From NCBI GenBank assembly GCA_002633005.1, contig NMRA01000218.1, positions 598,931-662,930 of the forward strand: a stretch of DNA of 64,000 nt, read 5' to 3'. Shown piece by piece: positions 26,385 to 39,600 of the stretch. Every line of letters begins with the position of its first letter. The stretch's first letter is position 1. Source of the stretch: Phoronis australis. Taxonomy: Eukaryota; Animalia; Phoronida. The notes below the pieces were generated by a model. That model worked only from the letters and a program-made list of their open reading frames with translations, searched no databases and was not told the DNA's origin. Position numbers and translations under genes: made by a program.

Positions 26385-27269
26385 ATTTCAACGAACATGT
26401 TCTCCCTTTTCACATTGCAAATCTAAGCTACTCCAGTGCATGTGTTGGTTAGAGAGCACTGATTCAACTTTCACGTCAGCAAGAGCCATTGAATGTCGGT
26501 TGTGAAGAACTGTAACACCGTAGGCCAACCTGCATGTAAGAACTCGGCTTTGGGATCTGAAAGTTGTATTTAACACCTCAGGTAAGAGGTTAATCTAGAT
26601 GGTGCGTAAAAATGGCAAGAAAGTTTTGGCGCGTAAAAACGGCAAACTTTTGGCGCGTAAAAATGGTGGGAAACTTATGAATGCGAGCTGAATTTTGAAA
26701 ATGCGACCTGGGATTTTGGCCTGGTCGCATAATGCGACATGGCGATTTTTGTAGTGTCGAGGCCTGACATTATACACTCAAAACAATCACTTAAAAATGA
26801 GCTTACTTTTTTCAGTGATCCTTTCTGCTTCTACACATATCTTCAATGAAGCATATCTACTAGAATTAAGGTGACTTTGGAGAAGAATTCCAACTCCTCC
26901 ATTAACTTTTTCACCGCGCATGCGATATCCACAAAACATTTCAACTGAGTCACGCGAGTTAGTCAAGGCTAGCGCGAGACTGAGCGAAGCGCGTGACTTG
27001 TTGCGTGACACTTGCAAAAGAGCATGGGAAGATATCGGGTGTAATTTGTGAGTTATGTGTCACCGTGCTGATCAAGTTGTTCTAGGTGATGATACATTGC
27101 ATATCTTAACACAGTATAATTGAGAACTTCCTTCTCTTGCATTATGATTCTTACAAAAAGAAAATGACAAGTAACTACTTTTTCAGAAACTTTATTGGTG
27201 CTATTTGCCTAGTTTTCAATACATTCACCAGTTGGTCAAAATAGTTAAAGCAATGCTAGGCCCAGTGTT

Positions 27270-28935
27270 CCACTTGTAAACAGTAAAAAATGGTACTGGT
27301 TGGGGGGTACGTACACTACGCATAGTCAATCAACGTCAAATTTTGACTAAATTACAAATGTATGGGATGGTCTCGAGTTTTGTGCTGCCTCTACTTGTTG
27401 GTTTGTTGCAAGTTGAAGTTATCTTGAGAGATAGAGAACCTGCCTCTGCAACATCAGTTGTCACATGACGTGTCTTCCAGGATATTCAGTACTAGCCAAG
27501 TCCTGTGTGGCATTTAATGTCTACAAATTTGATAATGTCCATTGTTTTTTTGTCAGACTGTATTCATTTTGGAAATATCAGTATTGTTCATGAGAACAGC
27601 AGCTGTATGTAAAAATTCTTGTGAGCAATATTTTATACCACAGAGGTTGAAAGTACTTACACTACGCAGGGGTACGTACACTACATTTCAATGTCTTTTC
27701 AAGTTTATAAAAAATAATTGAAATCTACTGAGAGTTAGTTCGTTGACCAATATTCAAAGAGAACAAATAAAAAGTACAGCATGCAGTCATGTGCATATCT
27801 GTCTGTCATATTCTTTGAAAACGGAAAACAGGCACATGTTAAAATATAAGGTTGCGTACACTACACAAATGCTAATATTTCACTCAAAACATGTATTTGT
27901 AATTAACACCCTTTTAACCTAGCATTTTTAATGGAGGAAGCTGTCTGTGACAAGTGTTACTTACCGTGTAATATTTTTGTTTCATGGTATTTATTCACGT
28001 GGGGGTACGTACACTACACGGGTACGTACACTACATTTCAATAACATGTCAGGTTTGTAACTAAATACCCAGAATCTACTGAGTGTTGATTTACTATATC
28101 AATTCAAAGAGAAAAAATAAAAAGCACAACATTCATGTGCATATCTGCCATACTTTGAAAATAGGCACAAATTAAAATATGGGGGTACATACACTACACA
28201 AACGTCTGTCCGTTTTCCTAAAGGAGACTGGCAGACTTGAAAACTTTCTTCACGAGGAGCCATAATTGGGGTCTCGTGCCTTTGCTTAGGTGTTTTGTGC
28301 AATGGGCCCAACCATGAGGCCTGTGCACGTCTGATGCACCGCAAATGACATCAGACCACCTGCACTGTTTTTTTTGTTTTTTTTACACTACACAAATGCT
28401 AATATTTCATTCAAAACAAATGTACTGGCAATAAACATTCTTTTAATCTAACATTTTTAAGGAAGAAAACTGTCTATGACCAATGTTTCTCACTTACCAC
28501 GTGATATTTTAATTTCATGGCATTTGTAAACATGGGGATACGTACACTACAAAAGGGGGTACGTTCACTACAAAAGGGGGTAGGTACACTACAAACGGGG
28601 GTACATACACTACATCAGTGTTTCTGCATCACATGGTAACATAATGTTGTATGGCCATTTATTTTTCTTTGGTGATAATAAGTACCATGTTGTTATTAAA
28701 AAGGCAATAATTTCATTTGCAATGACCATTTGTATTACTGAATTCCATGTGGGGGTACGTACACTACATTTTGTTAGCCTTTTGGCCCATTTTCAACATT
28801 GCAGAACCCATTCAATATCCAAACTTTTGGTTTGTTTAGGTACTGAATAATTTGCTGTGTTGCCTATGCTGACATATTTTGACGTTTTTTTCGTTACAGA
28901 GTGTGAACTTTAGTTTTTAACCTTCTTTACAGTAG
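27270..28935. mobile_element. Non-autonomous DNA-transposon-like element with ~13 dispersed GGGGTACGTACACTAC motifs
   Basis: The motif occurs near 27304, 27652, 27669, 27850, 28001, 28020, 28181, 28384, 28535, 28556, 28577, 28598 and 28751. There are internal ~350-bp degenerate duplications and weak termini cacttgtaaa...tttacagtag. Confidence 0.55.
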
Positions 28936-30543
28936 GTGAGGGTTAGAAACACAAAATTTATGAATTTTGTAACGAGTGCCTGTTTTATGATGAACCCTAC
29001 CATTTCTCAATGATTAAGCACAACTTCATTTAATTGACTCTGAAAGTGACTCAAGTTATTGCTTGATAAAATAAATTTCTGTAACCCTTGACAGTTGAAA
29101 ATTGTTATTTTTAAAATGGCCACTCATAACGCTAAAAATGCATGAAATTCAGAGAAAAACATGCATAAATTTCTGAAACATTGTCCGATTTTGATGATTC
29201 TTTTTTAATTTGCACAACTAAATAACTCTTTGCATAATGAGATTCAGTTGGCATCTGGTAAGTGACCAATTTTAGACTGTAACACAGTCAAGTCTCGAAT
29301 ATGGTCCTTCATTGTGATTTAGCCGTAATATGTATTTTCAATTGTATTCCAAGTCTTGTGAACAAAAATTTTATAAATTGGGAAAAGCTTGTGAGATATC
29401 CCTTGAAGATGAAGCGGCATAGATGTTTTTACCAAATGTGGTTGTTGTGTAAAAGACATGAAATTTGGTGCTCATGAGATTACCAAATTCAGCTTTGAAT
29501 GTTCGGCTTCAAATGTTCTTTTTCATAATTCCAAATAATGTATGGTGGATTTTCTTTAATTGGGTACGCGTTTCCTGATCCGCCAAAATGTAAACAAGTG
29601 AAACAAAATGTTCAAAAGGTATTCAGTTTCAAATCTTTTGTCAGATGCAGACAGTTTTCCATCATGAAGCTTTACCTTCACCAACAGGTTATTTTATGTC
29701 TTAATAAGACACGTTTTAGTGACTCTGTATATGAAGGGACTCATGGCCATAATTCTATACAAATGCTTTCCAAAATTTGAGAGATACAGCAAGTGTTCAT
29801 ACACTGGAGGTGATTATCTAAGGTAGTACTAGTATTTATAAGGCAAAAGTCATCAGACAAATTACGGTTTGCCTATCATTAGGGCTAATTCTGTTAACTG
29901 CAAAAATCACCAGTAACTATTATTATGGCAGCGATGCTGTAATTACATAATGGCTTAGTCACCTTGTTAAGTTTCCCATAATTCCCCTTCATTCTCGGTG
30001 GTGACGGAAGGCTGCTCTGACGAATTCTGCTTCCACCCAGACGTCATGACGGCGTTGTGGGCCATTTTGTTTGAATGCTTTTGACATGTACTGTATTAAG
30101 TGATGCCACGGGGTTGCCTTCTTTTTTGAGTGCAGTCTTGGAAGCTGAAACTGTTTTTAACAGTGTAATGCCTCACCTCAACACAATGTCTGGGGAGTGC
30201 AAGAATTTTAGGAATAAGCGTGTATCCTCTTCGGGGGTTCCTTAAACTCACCAGCCATGGAGCGTAGTGACATCTGTAGCTAACATAATCTGTTTTGTTT
30301 TACTTATATAGTTTCTATACTCCATAGTCGGTACTTATTCTACGTATTGCCAAAGTGAAGCAGTGAAAGACATCTTCAAATCACAGTTGTTTGTTAAGTG
30401 AGCAGGGTAATTGAAGTTTGTGGCTCAAGTTCCGGAGTTCGACCAAATAACTACACCACTAGGAAGAAATGGTTTCTTGAGTAGTCTTTAACTTTGGTTT
30501 CAGAAGGCTGTGCTATGCACAGTGAAACCTGAGCTGCTCCAAC

Positions 30544-30654
30544 ATGGCTAGCGCTGGGGTGAACCATCCAACGTTCAACTGGAATCTGTATTTACAACTC
30601 AAGCAGCAGTTCCCTGAAGTTTCGGATGGTTTCGTAAAAGATTGTCTGATAAAG
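30544..30654 (+). CDS. TAB2: TAB2/3 coding exon 1 (CUE N-half)
   Basis: [37 protein letters not shown]|gtatgg. Confidence 0.9.
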
Positions 30655-33600
30655 GTATGGTATGGTATAGATTAGACATGTAAATTAGAATCTATGGTGT
30701 TTTCTCCTTGGGTGAATGGTATGGCATGGTATGGTATAGATTAGACATGTAAATTCTAGAATCTGTGGTGTTTTCCCCTCGTGTGAATGGTATGGTATGG
30801 ATTAGATGTGTAAATTAGAACGCATGGTGTTTTCCCCTTGTGTGAATGGTGTGGTATGGTTTAGATTAGACATGTAAACTAGAATCCGTGTTGTTTTCCC
30901 CTCGTGTGAATGGTATGGTATGGTATGGATTAGACATGTAAATTAGAATCCATGGTGTTTTCCCCTCGTGTGAATGGTGTGGTATGGTATAGGTTAGACG
31001 TGTAAATTGGAATCCTTGGTGTTTTCCCCTGGTGTGTATGGTATGGTGGTATAGATTAGACATGTAAATTGGAAACCATGGTGTTTTCCCTTCGTGTGAA
31101 TGGTATGGTATGGTGTAGATTAGACGTGTAAATTAGAATCCATGGTGTTTTCCCCTGGTGTGAGTGGGGTTCAGTCACTGAACTGACCAAAAACTAAGTG
31201 CACCACTGAATTGGATATTTGATATTAACAAGAGAAGTCTTTCTTCAGCTGTGGAAGAGGCATGTTTGTAAAAATTGTATGTACTTAGAGAAATTTGAAA
31301 ATTTAGTACGTTTCCTGACCCACAAATCGCTGATCAGTCAGTGCAGTGCAAAGAGAAATGAATGACATTTTAAGGACGACATTGCTTTTTGAAAACATGA
31401 GATTGTGCTGTGTTGAAATATTGTAATTACATGCAATTACTGTATTTTCCCTAGAAATTGCCAAGTTGTCGGCAGGACTTAGTACTCCTGTATTTCCTTT
31501 GAGGTGCGCCTGTTCACTTTCGCCAACACACTGGCGAGTTTGGAGTGTAGGATATACCATACAGCATGTTGAAAGCAGTTTTTGTAACTCCCTTGGTTGG
31601 GAGTCATACTGATGATGTAGTAAGAGGCAATTTTAGTTCGTTACAACGTGCATGCAACTTTCACGGACCAATTGATCATTTCATTTGGTAGCTCACTGAC
31701 CTTGGATTACTACGTTTCAAAGTTATCAAACAACTTGTCCATTTTCGAACAACAGATGTGAGTGAGTGACTTGAGAGTGTCTGTCAATGGATAATCGCAG
31801 AGGGCACTGTGTATTCCTCCATTGTAGGTACACAGAATTGGAGGGGTGGGACATCAAACTTCTTGTGGCTTTTCAGGATCCACACCTGAAGCACTCGCAG
31901 CTTTATATTCATATTGTCTTTCAGTATACGAATGATGAACAGACATGTATAAGCCGGATGAGAGAAGAGAGTGAACGCAGGTTATATGAGCAACCCACTG
32001 CTCAGCTAGAGCAGGCTATGGACTCCGTTCAGATTAGTGATGCTAGGAGACGCAACTCATTTTCACACGTGATGAGGACTCCCTTGAGTTCATCATCCGT
32101 TCCACATGGTGGTCGTGTCCCTGATGGACTGGGGTCACAGAACCAGTTTCCTCACAGCAATAGCACCCCCAGCCTGAACGTAGACTATCGTCAGCCTAGT
32201 GCCAACACCAACCGGCGGTACACCGGGGCCCAGACTGCACCAGTCATACAACAAGGTGTACCGACCTTCTATAACCCGCCCTTCGTTGGTGGACAGACGG
32301 GTGCAACGCCACCTTATGGCGTGCCGCAGATGCAGAACTGGATTGGAAACCAGGGTTACCCAGGCGGTGTTGTGACATCACCTGGAAGGCCACACAGTGC
32401 TGATAGTTCAAACAATGATGTGACTATGCCATTGTATATTAACATTGGATATATACCTAGTGATCCCTATGATCAGACATACTTAGTAGCCCCTGGTGGA
32501 GGGTCGGGGCGGTCATCACCGGCCGTGCCAGCTCTGCAGCACCAGTTGTCTAGTGCTTCACAACACAGTGCTTCTTCAGCCACTCATAGACAGTTGTCGC
32601 GATCTAGCACTGGCTCAAGACACAGTGGTCACTCGGACGACCACCAGGTGCCCTCGCCCTTGCCAGTACCCCAGTATGTCGGCCCGCCACTGAGACCCAG
32701 TGTGCTGGATCTGCATATGGTTCCGTTCTACCTTAACGAGGACCTGGACAACACAACACCGGGGGAAGACCCTGCCTATGTGCGAGGTAAAGCAGTTGAA
32801 GCTGTGAAATATATTACTGTGGCCGGTCAAGTGATACAATCCCTACGTTTTCAGTACATTTGTAAACTTTGTTTACTCACAAAAGTTTTTTTTTTCCTAC
32901 CACTTTGTCTCTAATGTGAATTAATATTCTACTTATGACATTTTCTCTTAGTCTATCTGAAAACAGTCCTTATTTTGATAAAAGTAAATGGGGACTAAGA
33001 GGTTAAGTCGAAAGCATTGCGTGAAGTCCCTATTTCTTTTCAATAATACCATATTGAGGATTCAACATATAGTTACCTCTCACTGTGCATCAAAGCTAAA
33101 ACTTGACATTGCAGTGAGGAAATTCAGTGTTTGTACGAAGTCCACAAATGTGCTGAAAATTTAGGAAGTGTAGTTGAGTTCCTTCTGAGGCTGTTTCATG
33201 CAACTGGTAAATGCAGTTTAGGCCTGAACCTAAGTCTAGTAAAATTAAGCAGAACTTCAATCTAAAATTGACCAATGGCACAATTTAGTCTCCAGTAGGT
33301 TATGGCTGTTTTTGTTTATTTAGGGTGTTCAGGGATTTGAAAATAGTTTTTTTATTGACTATGCTGACTCGTTGTCAACCTCTGTTGTCGTTATGTTATT
33401 CAATCTAAAATTGTGATTTAACAAACTCGTTTGTATCAGTAACGACAAATCCATTCTCATGTCATTTTTAAAGCGCATTAATTGTTTTTTGACTTCGGTA
33501 AGTTTGTCTCAGCTGTTATCCGTTTCAACTGTATTTCGCAGCATTGGTCAGTCACCAACGTTCCCGCATGGATCAGCTCATGAGGGATATCAACGTGCTG

Positions 33601-36600
33601 CGGTCGAAAATAGCTCGCATAAAACAGGAAATAACTCACAAAGAGCACCAGTTGCTGGATAGAGGGAGGAGGCAGATGTCACAGCCTAAGGCTACTGCTT
33701 CTGTAGGTGGAGTCACAGAACAGGATTAACTGTTTAAAGCAGCTATAAACCTTGTCTCCAACACGAAAGCCAAGTTTTGACTTACGACCTTTTGCTGTTA
33801 AAAATCTGGGCAGAGTTCAGTATCACTAGGACCTCGCTAAAAAGCATAGTGCCGTGTATTTTAAATGAGAACACGTGATTTTGGCTAGATTTTAGCGAGG
33901 TCCTAGGGTTTGTCCCAGTGTCACATTTTTAATTAGTTAAATTAGAAGTTATTCCTGGTATTGAAAAGAACTGACATTTAGTATTGCTTGAGACCAGGCC
34001 CTACAAGGTGGCTTGTCACTGCGAGACAGTTTATGCACAGAGCATGGTCTCGACGAATAACAGGCTGTCTGTTTTTTGAAGACCCAGATATCATTTTTCA
34101 TTGGAATAGTTGACACGTTAAAACCAGTTTTATGGCAGCGAGTGATCTAAATCAAAAGTTTGGTTCTGAGATGGAACGCAGGTTATGCTGTCCAACTTTG
34201 GGGAATGCTCGATATGCAATAATTATTATATTCTTGGAGGTTAAGGACAATATGAGGGCCTAGAATGGCCACAATTGGTGGCTGACTTCGAAACGTGTCT
34301 CAGAAATGGCCGATCAGAATCAAATGCAACTTTGCGATACTGTGCAAAAAAGCTGTTGAGAATTTTTGAACACGTTCCACTTTTGCACAAGGGACTGCCA
34401 AAAGATAGAATATAGCAATTTTGTGACAAAGACAGTTCAGAAGTTGCATTAAACAAAAACAAATAATAATATAGAAAACTGAAACAATGTAATCTAGATT
34501 TTGTATTGAGCATTTATATCAAAAGAAATGTGGGTATCTTATTTATATTTTTGTTTGAATGTATCTTTTTGGCTTAATTTTACTATTACGATATGTCACA
34601 TTACTCCATGGCAGAACAGTGTAAAGTCAAAAATCAGGATTTCTACTTTCAGAAAATGTACTATTACGGGGTTGAAATCAAAAGTTTTTTTTTGAATATT
34701 TGTCTAAATGCACTGACCTGTTGATAAGGTTTCTGAAACATAAATTATCCAGCTACGTTTCAACCACGCAGTGAATAGTATGAAATTGGAGTTTTTTAAA
34801 TGTTTAGGGCCGCTAATTGTTATATTTCCCGAATGAGATGAGGTTATTTAGGACCTTATTGACACCTCCGTACATTTAGGCTAATATCTACAAAACTATA
34901 GATTTGAGCTAAGAGTACATGTTTTTGAGAGTGGAATGCCCGTTGAATTTGATTTTTGACTTTTTAATAATCTGCAATTTGTTGGGTCATGTGACCATGA
35001 ACATTATATGGATAGCAAAACAACACTATCAATGACATGATCAAATTTTTTATTAATTTTCAAAGCGAGATATCAAAAACACGTTACTGTTTTCTAAAAT
35101 GTCTTGAAGTGTTGTTTCTTGAAAACCATGAAAGTTGTATTTTTGATAGCCCCACATACACAAGTAGGACACTTTATATTACATAATTCCTAACAGCGTT
35201 CTGGAACATAGTGCACAAAGCATAGTATCCGAAAGTTACAGTCAGGACACGTTGTGTCATTTCTTATAATTCTAAAGTTCCTTCTGCCATGGAAAAGTCA
35301 CATCAATTTGTTACTAATTATTGTGCTTATTTTGAAACGACAATAGACGACCAAATTCATTCGCACACCAACTTGTTGCACTGCTGCGTTTTCTATCAAT
35401 AGAATGTTTTGTAGACCATAGCTGAAACGCAGTCAAAAACAGCCGGTGCGAGTGGGGAAATACTAGAGGTAGCTAGGTCCACTTTTTCTGTCCGGATGTG
35501 TGTCTGCAATCTAACAAAAGACTAGTCTGACTTGTTGAATTCACCCTCTTTTGGCAGTCATTCTAAAAATGGATTTCTATTGTAGGTGGAAGAGATGAAG
35601 AAACTAAGGGAGACCAACAGATCACTAGCAATAGACATACAGTACATGACTAGAGAAATTGACTTATATACCACTGGCCAGCGTAAGTTCATGTTTATCG
35701 TGTTGGTAACGAGATGGTAATTGACTTATATACCACTTGCCAGAGTGTAAGTTCATGTTTGGTGTTTTTAATGAGATGGTAATTGACTTATATGCCACTG
35801 GACAGCATAAGTTCACGCTTATGGTGTTTTTAATGAGATGGTAATTGACTTATATACCCCTGGCCAGCGTGTAAGTTCAAGTTTATGGTGATGGTAATAT
35901 GATGAAGCTAAAAATGTTCTTTGGAAGCACGTGCAAATGTTTCAAGACTGCTTTCTTGTTGTAAAAGCAGTAGGTGTCTCAAACTTTACAATAATGTATT
36001 TAATGGAACTCAACTGCCTGAGTTCATGGCTACTTTATTATATTCACAGCTTAGTTCATACGCAGTGTGCACTATTGTCACTACGCAGACCTTTATCCAG
36101 GATTTCAAAAATAGGGTGTCCAAAATGGGGTTCCCAATATTCCAGGGCGTCCATGATTCCGACGCGTAACCCCCCCACCCCCAGCAATCCCCCAAACACA
36201 CAAATTTTTTTACCAAAAATTGCGTAGACCAAGGTTTTTACAATGCTATCAACCAAGTGTGAGCATGGCAACGATGTATATACAAAGTATTGTATATTTC
36301 TTCCTGCTTTGAAAAAAGAGCCACCACTGAGTCTTCATAGGCTTCCTAGTAATCATTACAATGTGTGTGTCCAAACTTGAAAGGTTCCTATTGATAGTGG
36401 ACGTCCAAATGATACATTCGGTGTCCTTGCCAGGGCATCCATATTAGTGCTAGGGTGTCCATTTAGATGCCGAGGACGTATGCTGCATAAAGGTCTGTCA
36501 CTACGTTTTGGCTGGTAGGAAGACGTAGGCTTGAACTAAACAAAACCGACAGATATGCTCACAATGTGAAATAGTTTCGCAGGTTACAGAGAACTGGCAG

Positions 36601-39600
36601 TTCATTATTCCTTAAAACCGTGGTAGGGTCAAACAATGTCAGGTGACAGGTCAAATTAGGAGCCTTGTCTAAAGCAATAAGGAACTGTTAGTTCTTTTGG
36701 AGCCCTGAAATCACAGTTTCACTGAGGAACAGTCTGAGACCAATTTCATAAAGGCATATGGTCTACATCAAAATATGTTTTTTTGTGGTAGAAGGTGGGT
36801 TTGTATCCACTTGAAATTAATTTTTAACTGACATGAAGTTGTAAAAGTAAATTTTATACCTGTTTGGTGTTCGCTTCCATTTTGTCTAGTCTCCCAGTAT
36901 TTTGCCATGTGCTACCGTGTCTCCATGGAGAATGTCTGCCTTTACTCTCCCAGTATGTACCATGTACTACCGTGTCTCCATGGAGAATGTCTGCCTTTAC
37001 TCTCCCAGTATGTACCATGTACTACCGTGTCTCCATGGAGAACTTCTGCCTTTACTCTTCCAGTACCTTTGGGGATCATTGACCCCACTGAGCAGGCAAA
37101 CTTCTTTCGACACATGCTCAACACAGGACAGACTGGGCCAGTACCGCCGCCTTCAGTGCCGCCACCTTCAGGCAACCGCTCAGTTGGTAAGTAGACAACA
37201 AGTTTGTACATAACACTGTCTAATTGCCCACGTCAAAGATTTTGTTGTAAACGGTGTGGCAAAGGTGCTTAGTCGAAAATGCAGGGTTTTTTTCACAAAA
37301 AATCATTGGTGAACCGTAGTGTGAAGTGAAGATGGAGCACATCTGTAGTGTATGAGTTGTTGGTCTGTCTCAACTAAAAGGACGCTAAACCCTGGTTTGG
37401 CCTAATAACAGATACTAAACTCTGGTTTGGCCTAATAACATACTAAACCCTGGTTTGGCCTAATAACAGATACTAAACCCTGGCGTGCATTCAGTAGATG
37501 CTAGGATCTACGCTAGGACCTAGCTAAAACCTAGTCAAACTCACGTGTTCTCATTTAAAATGCACGGCAATATCTCACGTAATCTCGCGAAGTCTTGCTT
37601 TTTAGCGAGGTCCTAGCATTACTGAACGGGAGGCTGGTTTGGCCTAATAACAGATACTAAACCCTGGTTTGGCCTAATAACACATACTAAAAGGGACTTT
37701 ACCATTCAGTTCCCCAAAACAAAGTAATGCTCCATAACCCACGACAACCCTCAAAAATTTGGAGGAAAATTTGAAAACTTCTTTCAAGGTCTGCTAAACA
37801 GGCAAGCGTGACGTATGCTTTTACCGAATTAAACAAGGCCATAATACCCATTTGTGAGATAGGGAGGACGAGTTTTTAGTGGATTCCTGTCTTTAACTTG
37901 CAAGATTGACGCCAATGATGCATTAGCAGGTGACAAAACGAGGATTGGTGGAAATCATCAAAACGGGGTTTGGTATCCTTTTAATGATCTTCACCTGATA
38001 TTCAGTCTTCCTTTCTCAGTAATTGCACAAAAGTCCTCACGAGTTCAACATTATTCTCGTACAAATTGTACTTGTTTTATAGCACACAACAATGTCTTTC
38101 TTACGCACAATTTCTTTTTCTCATAAGCGACTTACGTCTTCATTCTGACAGGTCATTTGAATAAACACGTGATTGGAAAATTCTACCAACCCGTCTGTAT
38201 GCCACCAGTGGGTGAGACGGGAAGAATACTTGAAGGAAAGAATTGCAGTGCTTGAAAAAAATGATCAAAGAGCAATCATAATCATGACAAAAGAACATGT
38301 GAGCAGAGACGATTAGTTGCCTAATCATGCGTCGCTGCGTGTAAATATTTTTTTCATGTTTTCCCTTTGATGAGGAACATCTTACGCAGAATTGCAACTG
38401 ATAGGGGTTCAAACAGGCTACTTACAGTGCAGCCTTGTGCTGGCATTGGTTCAGTAGTTTTATCAAGTTCATCTTCATCTAGTGTTTGAGCACTCCTGTT
38501 AACAGAAAGTCAGATGTCCCCAATACTTCCCTTATGAGAAATGGAATACAGTGTAGCCTACTTAATGTCATGCCCTGGGTTTCGACATAAATTATGATAA
38601 TAAGCAAGATGTTCCCATTAAATGGGTTTTGTACTGGCGACGGTCGTAACCACTCTGACAAGCTGATGGTGTTAAGTGGAGAGTCTTGAGGTAACACTGG
38701 TTAACGGGAAACGGCTGACTTTTGTTTGCCCCCGGCGCCGAGTTCGGATCAGGCAAATGAATGGAAGATGAATTAAACTGTTTTTTAGATGGAAAAGTGA
38801 AAGTATGCGTGCTAATTTGTGGGTTAGAATACGTTTTGCTGATTTTCAGTGACATTATAACAGCATGCGGGTTATTTTACATGGGTTTAATTATGGTAAA
38901 TGGCACTTTTTGTCATTTCATAATCGGGTATGACATTAAGTGGGCTCCACTGTTACAGTACCTCAAAAATACTTCCCTTGAAGCTCATTTGAGCCTGTTC
39001 TTCAGCTGTTGATCGAGATTGTCATTTCAGATCCACCGCCTGTTCCGCCTCGGGTACCCCTTAGGCCGCCTCATAGACCTCCACCGCCGCCACCCCCACC
39101 CCCGCCGGCTGAGGACGAAGGCCGAGAGTGGAGCTGTTCCTATTGCACTTTCATCAATCACCCCGATTTAGACAAGTGTGAAATTTGTGAAATGCCCAAA
39201 CACACAGGTGAGAGTCCGAAGGTGGCATGCCATCGTGTTGTCAGTCACCATGTGCTTGGGATACGGAACCCTGCTTCATCATTTTGCACAATGCTGGTTC
39301 TCTCGTCTAATGATGTTTTAGTGAGAAGTTTTGATAGATGATAACATTGTTAAGCTAAAACACTTCCACACTCTTTTACGAAGTGGATGCCACAGTTCGA
39401 GCTGGCTAGACTTCTTACACAGCTGTCTTTTGTCTAAATAGTGGTCACATATTTGGATGAAGCAAGGTTTATTGCTTCAAAGATTAAGTGAGCTAGTCCT
39501 TGGTAATACGTGCAAATAGGTTAAAACAGAGCTAACCGTTCTATGTGCTCATGTGTGGGTGCATTTTGCTGTTATCTGTGTCTGGCATACTGTGTCCAGC

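Noticed and set aside
31787-32914. 375-aa single-exon ORF as a standalone gene
   Set aside because: Only 31925-32786 is exonic (TAB2/3 exon 2); the flanks are intron read-through.
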